Below the pieces are notes generated by a model that was given only the letters and a program-made list of their open reading frames with translations, was not told the DNA's origin and made no database searches. A stretch of 64,000 nt of DNA from Thermodesulfovibrionales bacterium (GTDB lineage: Bacteria > Nitrospirota > Thermodesulfovibrionia > Thermodesulfovibrionales > SM23-35), in the NCBI GenBank assembly GCA_963715195.1, contig CAVQRT010000007.1:288001-352000 (forward strand), given 5' to 3'. The translations under genes were made by a program, and so were the position numbers. Shown in pieces: positions 38,937-47,278 of this stretch (the stretch's first letter is position 1; the number at the start of each line of letters is the position of its first letter).

Positions 38937-39671
38937 ATACTATCAAGTGTTGGTGAGGTGCAAGGGATTTTAATATAATTTATGAGACATGTATTGCTAA
39001 CAGTTTTACACCAGTCGGCTTCATAATTGGAATGGGTATAACGGTTTATACGTGGCATGTCCGAAAGCGAAGCACAAACACGACCTAAGTTAGCGTCCTG
39101 AGTCCTGATAGCGCCGCAAATCGAAGAACATTCACTTCATGCTTATCTGCCGGTTGGTGCTCATTCTCACAGTAGTCGATAAAAACATCAATTTTCGATA
39201 TCTGTTTAATTCCCATTCTACTGAACAGGACTTAGAAAATCAGGGGCGTCACTTTCCATTTGAATGATGCATGGCAAGAAGCTGACGGGTTATTCAATCC
39301 GAAAAGAAATAAACGATTTCCAGAAAAGTGTGGCAAGAAAGAATAACATTGTGACTCGATTTGAACAGTCAACCTATTAACACGCAGAAACAAGAAAGGA
39401 TGGAAACGAAAGATTTTGGTTACAAATAAGCAGATAACAGTTTTGGCACAGCAAAAGAGAGCAGGGTCTTCACTTCCTTCTCCTCTTCTTAGTTCGGAAA
39501 ATTAAGAAAAAAAGCAAAACCAAAATAAAAAAAACGATTTCAGCAGAGTGATTTTTTAGAATGTTAAGTACAAAGTCCATATTTGGATTTTTAGCAAATT
39601 ATAGGTGGAAATCACTCGCTATAGCAGTTGTCGCAGTCTGCAGAATTATACAGACTGTTAAAATACCTTTT

Positions 39672-40842
39672 TCATTGCACTACCCCCCTCAACAGCCTAT
39701 AACTGTAATATGTCTCCGCATTATACACATGCCAGTTATTGTATTGGTCACCATAGATAAACCACTCTGTCGGCTGAGTAGCGTACAGAGTTTCACACAT
39801 CTCTGCCTGATTGCACATTTCATAACAGATGCCCGTATTCTCAGCAGGGCAACATGAGGTATCGTAAGGTTCTACATCTATGAGGATTATTCCCCAGCCT
39901 ATTTTCATGTACCAGTAAGGCCTTGCATACATATCGCCTGTGCAATAAACCTCAATACCGATTTCTTCTGCTGTGCAGGGATTAGATTCTGTGCAATCAC
40001 CACACCGTAACACTCTCGCTTGGTCAGGACAGCAATCAATCGGTTCAGGTTCAGGCGTAGACATGAGTTGGTTCAGGTGTAAGTTCGGGAGTTGGTTCAG
40101 GTGTAGGTTCGGGAGTTGGTTCAGGTGTAGGTTCGGGAGTTGGTTCAGGTGTAGGTTCGGGAGTTGTCACACAAGCTTTGTTGCTATGAGTAGACTCATT
40201 GCCAGCAGCATCATAAGCCGTTACCGTATAACAGTATTGAGTGCCTGGATTTAAACCATCAAAATATGTTGAAGTTCCGGTTTCGGATTTTTGATATGTT
40301 CCATCCCCGCAATAAATCCTATATCCGACAACTCCAGTATTATCTGTGCCAGCAGTCCAAGAGAGGTTAATCAGACCTGATGTAACGGCTGTTGCTGTTA
40401 GTGCTGACTCATATGGCGGAACCCCGTCTTGTAATATGTTTAGATAAACAACACAGTTTCCGTTGCTTGTCAATGTATATTTGAATTTTACATAACCTTC
40501 AATAAAATTATCCTTAGGTATCACAATTGGAACAAAATGAGATTTGTTTTCCAATAACCCCTCATGAAAAAAATAACCGTTATGCTTCATAGAGGTTTTA
40601 TAATTTTTTAAATCAACAGAAGGCAGAGTAACCATTAAATTCCATGCTAATTTCTTAGGTTTGCTGTATGCATATATGCTTTCAAAATAAACCAACTCCC
40701 CTGCAATTGCTGAATTGATAGTATCGCCCTCTTCATTAATAATTCGACATTCCATTGCACAAAGGTCGGAAACCCAAAGGAATAGATATACCACTAAAGA
40801 TACGAATAGTATTTTTCTTTTCATTGGACATTTCCATGACAT
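39672..40842 (-). pseudogene. Secreted FN3-domain protein with PEPT linker and Cys-rich C-terminus, apparently split by a frameshift near 40065 (or two coupled ORFs)
   Basis: Signal peptide, LSWTAGTDNTGVVGYRIY...YTVTAYDAAGNES, (TPEP)n; the TPEPEP motif resumes in another frame. Confidence 0.65.
40065..40166. repeat. 24-bp tandem repeat x4.25 encoding PEPTPEPT
   Basis: gagttggttcaggtgtaggttcgg units at 40065, 40089, 40113, 40137. Confidence 0.95.
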
Positions 40843-41154
40843 AGCAATCCTCCTTGATAATTCAGACTAAGTGTACCCTTCAGGTCTTTGACCGAAAATT
40901 TATCTGAGAATAATTAAACATTTCTCCTTCAATGTTGCCTAACTTCAGAAGATATTAATGTGAGGACCATCACAAAACATCTTAGAATAATTAGGAACAG
41001 ATCCGAAGAGAGATATAAATCCTAACCTGAGTGGAGATAAACGACGACTCACGTTGATTACGGTATGAAATGCTGTATTCATAAGATAATCGAAAGGATC
41101 ATAGAGAGGAAGAACGAGACAGGGCAAGCTTCATCAAAGCAAAGATGCGCGTTG

Positions 41155-41568
41155 CTAAGTCCTTCCGTTTGAAAGAACAATTTTCAAAACAAGCCTGAAA
41201 ACCAGATAAGCTACCAGTAACCATATTAAGACTATAATTAATGCTGCAAGCCATTTTGTTTTGCCACCAATAGGAGTAGATTGAGCTTTTTCTCTACATT
41301 CTTCTATAACTTCTTTTGGGATGATTTTAAGTGATAGATAAATTCCCGCAGGTATAATGATTAAATCATCAAGATATCCTAAAACGGGTATGAAATCTGG
41401 AATCAAATCAATAGGGCTTAATGCATAAGCTACAACGATAGCAACGAAGACCTTCGCATACCAAGGAACTCTTGGATCTTTATAGGCTAAATAAAGGGCA
41501 TGTGTATCTGTTTTAAGTTGTCTTGCTTTTTCTTTTAATGATGCCATCCGCATATTATCAATTACCAT
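41155..41568 (-). CDS. YkvA/DUF1232 family membrane protein
   Basis: DPRVPWYAK, YALSPIDLIPDFIPVLGYLDD; exact start uncertain. Confidence 0.92.
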   Translation of the reverse strand: MVIDNMRMASLKEKARQLKTDTHALYLAYKDPRVPWYAKVFVAIVVAYALSPIDLIPDFIPVLGYLDDLIIIPAGIYLSLKIIPKEVIEECREKAQSTPIGGKTKWLAALIIVLIWLLVAYLVFRLVLKIVLSNGRT

Positions 41569-41668
41569 TGATATTCTGCAGCATTATATAAGGTTTAAGG
41601 GAGGAGTATTTCAGGAAGGATGCTTGCTTCTTGGGATTCTTTGGATTTGCGGGTTCAGTGCTCGTATT

Positions 41669-42724
41669 TCAGTCCTTGAGTTGTTTTTTTGCCGATTTGA
41701 TGAAACGTCCAAAAGCTCTGTCTTTCTTCCGCTTGTCCAGGTATGACATCTCGTAGTATTCCGATTCTTTCTTCAGCTTCATATAGCTGGCATACCGATC
41801 TTCGGTCAGATCTCCTCTTTCAACCGCGGCTCGGACGGCACAGCCAGGCTCGTGTTCGTGGCTACAATTTGCGTAGCGACAATTGGCCGAAAGCCCAACG
41901 AGGTCCTCAAAACCTCTATTCACCCCATCATTGGCTCCAACAAGGCCTAGTTCTCGCATGCCAGGGGTATCAATTAGCATCGCACCTTGGGCAAGTACGA
42001 TAAGCTGCCGGCGTGAAGTCGCATGGGTCCCTTCCCCCGTACCGCTGACGTTCTTTGTATCTAAGACGTCCTTTCCTATGAGACGGTTGATGAGAGTTGT
42101 CTTCCCTACACCAGAGGAACCAAGCAGACAGAACGTCTTCCCTGGGGAGAGGGTCTCTTGAAACACGTCAAACCCGATACCGGTAATGTTGCTGAGACCG
42201 AGCGCTTTGGCTTTGGTGACAGAGGACACGATCGCAAGTTTCTGCTTCAATTCATCACTGGTAATCAGATCGGTCTTCGTCAGAATGACAATCGGTTCCA
42301 CATGCCCATCCGCTGCCATTACCAGGTAGCGGTCCAAACGTCGCGGATTGAAGTCAAAATGGCATGACTGGACAATGAAAGCCGTATCTATGTTGGCTGC
42401 AATCATCTGGAAGTCGACGATTTCACCCGCTGCTTTACGGCGTAAGAATGTCTTTCGCGGAAATACTCGGTGGATGATTGCTGCTGCACCATCGTTGTAG
42501 TATTGTGCCAGCACCCAATCTCCGACACACGGCAAGTCAACGGAATTCTCGGTCTCGTAAGAGAGCTTCCCCGAGAGTTCGGCAGGGACTTCTTTTGATT
42601 CATTCCTTATCAGATACGAACCGCGGTCAACTGCCGATACACGAGCTATAGTGCGGTCGTCCTCGTGCAACGGAGTAATATGCGCTTCAAACCATTGGTC
42701 AAAGCCTAGGTCGATCAATTTCAT
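41669..42724 (-). CDS. rsgA: Ribosome small subunit-dependent GTPase A
   Basis: Circularly permuted GTPase: TKTD, GSSGVGKT, DTPGMRE, CRYANCSHEHEPGC. Confidence 0.94.
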   Translation of the reverse strand: MKLIDLGFDQWFEAHITPLHEDDRTIARVSAVDRGSYLIRNESKEVPAELSGKLSYETENSVDLPCVGDWVLAQYYNDGAAAIIHRVFPRKTFLRRKAAGEIVDFQMIAANIDTAFIVQSCHFDFNPRRLDRYLVMAADGHVEPIVILTKTDLITSDELKQKLAIVSSVTKAKALGLSNITGIGFDVFQETLSPGKTFCLLGSSGVGKTTLINRLIGKDVLDTKNVSGTGEGTHATSRRQLIVLAQGAMLIDTPGMRELGLVGANDGVNRGFEDLVGLSANCRYANCSHEHEPGCAVRAAVERGDLTEDRYASYMKLKKESEYYEMSYLDKRKKDRAFGRFIKSAKKQLKD

Positions 42725-43647
42725 GATATTTTGTCACCGAACATGCATTTTTTACGTAGCATGCTTCTTTATTGAAAAGTCATGTTTGCAGATTTGTGAT
42801 ATTCCATTTCATGTCCCGTTGGTTTTCATTAGAAATATACTACATCCTGAGAGAGCATGGGAAACAATATTTCAGGAAGCAATGTTGTTTTTCTACAATT
42901 ACTGCAACAATTGCAACATTCACCCCGAAGGCAACATAGCATTTTTGAGGGGTATACCCACAAGTCAACAGCCTTGAGGTCTCTCAGACCATTCGGATGA
43001 CTTCCTGAAGGAGTGATTTCTAAATCTTACTCCAATATGCAACATTTCAATTGAAATCAATAGAAAAATGTTTGTTAGACTCACATTGAAAATAGTATTT
43101 CGTAATCACTAAACTCCTCAGTTTATCTTGTAAGAAGAATTCTTACAAAAAAATCAGACTTATACTGATACCTTTTACTCCTAACCTGAGATAGGGTTGT
43201 ATGTATAAAAAGAGAGGGTAAGGTTTTACCCTAAGGTAGACACAATATTCCCCCCAATCGGGTGTTACCCCAACACCCTTTGAGTTTACCTATTCCCTCC
43301 AATTACCCTCTCATTTTTTTGATTTTTATATTAAAGAGGAAGAAGAAAAAGTCAAAGCATTCGTTAAATATAAAGTGTAACTGGCCTTCGATAACCATAC
43401 TCACTTTCGATTTTCAGAGGTTCGAAGAAACCGTCAAAAGACGTCAATAAAGACAAGGAGCATGCGGAAAAGTTAACGTACTCAATGAGTAGCTTGCGAT
43501 GGCGGCCTCACACGTAAGAAAGTCTCGAGTAAATGCATCAATATCTTTCTTATTGGATGAAAGGAGGTGAGTTTAGATTTCGGAAGAGATTTGAAGAATA
43601 TGTTTTTCGTCTCAATATATGAAAATATGAAAAAAGGAGGGAAAATT

Positions 43648-44607
43648 ATGAGGAAGATATTTTTACTGTCACTCTTGGTTCTCGTCACCCTGACGTTCCT
43701 CGTCGGATGCGGCGGCAGAGTATATGCACCAAGAGAGGGAAGCGCAATATGGTACTACCATCCAGAATTGCCGGAAGCAGCGCAGGCCGTAGAAGGTGCA
43801 CAGAAGGCTGGGAAGGATACCGTATGTCCTGATGAATTTCAGGCTGCAAAAGATCTTATGGAAAACGCTTATCGTACCTATTGGGCATGCAGGACTGAAG
43901 AAGCAATTGGGATGGCCAAAAAGGCAACCGCAATGGCAAAGGCACTCTGCCCTCCGCCGGCTGCCTGTTCGTTAACAGCATCACCAAAAGAGATCCTGAA
44001 GGGAAAATCTTCGACTCTTACCTTTACAACATCGGGAACAGTCAAATCTGCAATGCTGGACGGGGAAGAAGTTCCGGTCACCGGTGCCACAAAAACGGTA
44101 AGCCCGATGGCTACCACCAACTATACTGGTGAATGTACCGGTGTTGGAGGGACGCAAACAGCTACTGCAACCGTAACAGTCACATCACCACCACCACCGC
44201 CTCCACCACCGCCACCACCCGCACCAAAACCGGAACCAGCGCCACCACCACCGCCGAAAGTATTGGATAAGATGACCCTTCACATAAACTTTGACTTCGA
44301 CAAATTTAATATCAGGAAAGCTGACGAAGCTGAGCTGAAGAAGGCAGTCGAATTTGTGAAGAAATACCCGGATGCCAAGGTTGAGATCGACGGGCATACA
44401 GATAGTATCGGTACCGAACAATACAACCAGAAGCTATCGGAAAAAAGGGCGGGAGCCGTACAGAACTACCTTATTGAAAAGGGTGCCTGCAAGAAGGCGG
44501 ACATAACGACTGTCGGTTATGGAGAATCAAAACCTATAGCAGATAACAAAACTGCCAAGGGCAGGTTTGAAAACAGGAGAGCAGAGATTCTCATTCTCGA
44601 GAAATAA
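43648..44607 (+). CDS. OmpA-family lipoprotein with helical and Ig-like N-terminal domains and poly-Pro linker
   Basis: Lipobox LVGC; INFDFDK, GHTDSIG..YNQKLSEKRA, NRRAEI; SD GGAGG before ATG 43648. Confidence 0.92.
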   Translation: MRKIFLLSLLVLVTLTFLVGCGGRVYAPREGSAIWYYHPELPEAAQAVEGAQKAGKDTVCPDEFQAAKDLMENAYRTYWACRTEEAIGMAKKATAMAKALCPPPAACSLTASPKEILKGKSSTLTFTTSGTVKSAMLDGEEVPVTGATKTVSPMATTNYTGECTGVGGTQTATATVTVTSPPPPPPPPPPPAPKPEPAPPPPPKVLDKMTLHINFDFDKFNIRKADEAELKKAVEFVKKYPDAKVEIDGHTDSIGTEQYNQKLSEKRAGAVQNYLIEKGACKKADITTVGYGESKPIADNKTAKGRFENRRAEILILEK

Positions 44608-44648
44608 AGCATAACAATAATTGATATACATTAAGTCTCCATTTAAGG

Positions 44649-44685
44649 AAGAGGCAGGGTCAGCGATGGTTCTGCCTCTTTCTTT
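44649..44685 (+). terminator. Rho-independent terminator after ompA-like gene
   Basis: AAGAGGCAGGGTCA-gcga-TGGTTCTGCCTCTT then TCTTT. Confidence 0.85.
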
Positions 44686-44743
44686 GCTTCAATATGTTAC
44701 TCAATCATCTTAATCTCCGCTCTCGAACCATTTTTATTCCAAT

Positions 44744-44782
44744 TTGACATACTGCCGTATAATATGATATGGTTAACCATAT
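44744..44782 (+). promoter_or_regulatory. vapBC promoter with palindromic operator
   Basis: TTGACA-18 nt-TATGGT (TG extended); perfect palindrome ATATGGTTAACCATAT at 44767-44782. Confidence 0.75.
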
Positions 44783-45026
44783 GAAGACAACCATACAGAT
44801 ACCTGACAGCCTTTTGAAAGAAGCTCGCAAACTTGCAAATGAGGAGCGCACGACGCTGAAGTCCCTCATGGAAGAAGGTCTCCGTCGTATCGTCTCCGAT
44901 CGCAAGCGGCGAGGCAGGTTCAAACTGCGCAAAGCTACCTTCAAAGGAAAGGGACTTCAGCCCCATCTTGCAGGTGCAACCTGGGATCAGATTCGAGACC
45001 TCGGCTATGAAGGACGCGGAGGGTGA
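44781..45026 (+). CDS. vapB: VapB-family antitoxin (RHH, DUF2191-like)
   Basis: MKTTIQIPDSLLKEARKLA...TLKSLMEEGLR; overlaps downstream PIN gene. Confidence 0.9.
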   Translation: MKTTIQIPDSLLKEARKLANEERTTLKSLMEEGLRRIVSDRKRRGRFKLRKATFKGKGLQPHLAGATWDQIRDLGYEGRGG

Positions 45027-45457
45027 TCGCAGTAGACAGCAATCTTCTGGTTTACGCGCACCGCGAAGATGCCCCCTGGCATGATGCCGCCTATGTCCGG
45101 ATTGCCGAATTGGCTGAGGGTCAGGCGTCGTGGGCAATACCATGGCCGTGCGTTCACGAGTTCCTTGCCATTGTGACTCATCCGAAAATTTATGCTCCTC
45201 CAACACCTCTGGGGAAAGCTCTTGAACAGTTTGAAGCCTGGCTGGAATCTCCAGGCCTCGTTCTTCTCTCCGAAACAGAGGATTACTGGCTTCAACTCCG
45301 CCCCATTCTCGTGACCGGAAGGGTATCGGGTCCGCAAATACACGACGCCAGGGTAGCGGCATTATGCATGGAGCACGGCGTAACCGAGTTGTGGACTGCG
45401 GACAAGGACTTTGGTTGCTTTCCGGATATACAGACACGAAACCCACTCGTAAATTAG
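45023..45457 (+). CDS. vapC: VapC-family PIN toxin
   Basis: IAVDSNLLVYA, HEFLAIVTHP, IHDARVAALC, LWTADKDF. Confidence 0.93.
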   Translation: MIAVDSNLLVYAHREDAPWHDAAYVRIAELAEGQASWAIPWPCVHEFLAIVTHPKIYAPPTPLGKALEQFEAWLESPGLVLLSETEDYWLQLRPILVTGRVSGPQIHDARVAALCMEHGVTELWTADKDFGCFPDIQTRNPLVN

Positions 45458-45758
45458 AGCCTCCCATTGCTTTCTGTTGGTTGTAATTGGTTTTATTATT
45501 ATCTAAACGTAAATAGCCTTCTCCAAACATTCTTCATGGATATAGCCATCTCAAGGTTAAAGTCCTTTTTCTCTCTGCGGAAGACTATCGATTCATTTGG
45601 CTAAGATATCTTTTTGAAAAACTTACTATTGCCCTGATAACAATGTTGTCTTTATATCTTTTGATTATTTTCATATTGATTATAATAAGATAAAGAGGAT
45701 AAGAATTTAAGAATTCTGGAGGATGAAAAAAAATGCCTCCGCACAAAAGGAGAGAGAA

Positions 45759-46256
45759 ATGAAAAATAAAGTTTGTCTTATCTTAGTTGTTTTGGTGTTT
45801 CTCTTTACAAGCAACATACCTGGATATGCAGCTAGCGATGGTGGTTATAAAGGCGGCGGTGGTTATAAAGGCGGCGGTGGTTATAAAGGCGGCGGTGGTT
45901 ATAGAGGCGGTGGTGGTTATAAAGGCGGTGGTGGTTATAAAGGCGGCACGTATTACCGAGGAGGTCATTACCGAGGAGGTCATTACCGAGGAGGCTGGGG
46001 TGGGTCTATCTGGGTTGGGCCTGTATGGGGTGGATGGAGGCCATGGTGGGGTCCTGCGTACTATCCCTATTATTATCCATACTACCCGGAGACACCCGTG
46101 GTTATCCAGCAACAGCCTCAGACGTATGTCCAGCCGGAGGAACAGTATTATTGGTATTTCTGCCAAAATCCCGAGGGATACTATCCATACATAAAACAAT
46201 GTCCTAATGGCTGGTTGAAAGTTGTTCCGCCAGCTCCGCCGGACGAGAAGGAGTGA
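45759..46256 (+). CDS. Secreted Gly/Tyr-rich low-complexity protein
   Basis: Signal peptide, (GGYKGG)6, (HYRGG)3, YWYFCQNPEGYYPYIKQCPNGWLKV. Confidence 0.85.
   Translation: MKNKVCLILVVLVFLFTSNIPGYAASDGGYKGGGGYKGGGGYKGGGGYRGGGGYKGGGGYKGGTYYRGGHYRGGHYRGGWGGSIWVGPVWGGWRPWWGPAYYPYYYPYYPETPVVIQQQPQTYVQPEEQYYWYFCQNPEGYYPYIKQCPNGWLKVVPPAPPDEKE
45840..45995 (+). repeat. 18-bp x6 and 15-bp x3 coding tandem repeats
   Basis: ggtggttataaaggcggc units from 45840; cattaccgaggaggt units from 45951. Confidence 0.9.
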
Positions 46257-46260
46257 AGAC

Positions 46261-46782
46261 ATGATGAAACACAGGATAATCGTCTTTTTATTTCTGGCTT
46301 TGTTGGTGATGGGTGGCTGTGCGACCATCCCCAAGGGACCCAGTGTAATGGTGTTGCCACCACCCGAAAAGCCTTTTGAGGTATTCCAGGCTGATGATGC
46401 CGTTTGCAGGACATGGGCAGCACAGCAGATTGGACTGTCCCCTCAGGAAACAGTCAATCAGAATACTGTCACAGGCGCTGTCGCGGGTACGGTCATCGGA
46501 GCTGGCCTCGGCGCGGCCATTGGCTCTGCCTCAGGTGATATGGGTCCTGGTGCGGCTATCGGTGCCGCAAGCGGGCTTTTGCTCGGGACAGCAGCAGGCG
46601 CGGATTCTGCGCGGGTTTATGGATGGGAAGCACAACGCAGGTACGATATTGCATATATGCAGTGCATGTATGCCAAAGGGAACCAGATTCCAGGAGTGGT
46701 GCCACAGACCCGTTCTATCCAGAGAATGCCTCCACCGCCGCCCCCGGGCTCGGGCTATGCACCGCCGAGGTATTCTCCGTAA
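46261..46782 (+). CDS. Glycine-zipper lipoprotein
   Basis: Lipobox MGGC, GAVAGTVIGAGLGAAIG, QRRYDIAYMQCMYAKGNQIP. Confidence 0.88.
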   Translation: MMKHRIIVFLFLALLVMGGCATIPKGPSVMVLPPPEKPFEVFQADDAVCRTWAAQQIGLSPQETVNQNTVTGAVAGTVIGAGLGAAIGSASGDMGPGAAIGAASGLLLGTAAGADSARVYGWEAQRRYDIAYMQCMYAKGNQIPGVVPQTRSIQRMPPPPPPGSGYAPPRYSP

Positions 46783-46949
46783 TTCCCCGGGAACGCCTTA
46801 CCAGTTGCGATAGCGGCGCTAAGTATAGACTGTATGGAGATTTCCGTACCGCTAACATTCTACTATTGCCTAAGTGACAAAGGCTTCCAAATCTGTTATT
46901 GGGACACTACACTAGATGTCATCGACAATTTGCGCTCTTTGGAATGAAG

Positions 46950-47035
46950 AACCCCGCAGCAGAGCTGCGAGGTATCTTATCGCAAGGAGTTATTATTTCC
47001 ATATTCGCTCGCTAACCCCGCAGCAAGCTGCGAGG
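46950..47035. repeat. Pair of REP-like GC hairpins (possible non-autonomous element)
   Basis: AACCCCGCAGCagaGCTGCGAGG at 46950 and AACCCCGCAGCaaGCTGCGAGG at 47014. Confidence 0.7.
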
Positions 47036-47278
47036 AATGCGCTCACTATCCGATTCAATAGAGAGCCCCGTGCAGTAAGGTTTGAAACAAATGCTATCTA
47101 TGGATTTTTGCTTTCTTCCAATTATTCCATGAAGAAACAAATGCCGTAATGAGGAGATGCAAAGCAGATGAAAAGGGAACCTTTTGCACGTTGTGGCAGA
47201 ACAGCCAATATAAATAATTTTAGGGATTGGTCCATCAGATCGGACAAATCCCTTTATTAAACAGTTAAAGACTGAAAG

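Noticed and set aside
38937..39670. Integrase remnant after tRNA-Leu
   Set aside because: No tyrosine or serine recombinase motif recognised in any frame
40065..40166. 24-bp repeats as a CRISPR array
   Set aside because: Head-to-tail with no spacers, encode PEPT, and no cas genes in the window
43170..43320. GGGTAA-N4-TTACCC and related half-sites upstream of the ompA-like gene as a regulator array
   Set aside because: Short and degenerate in AT-rich DNA; cannot be told from chance by eye
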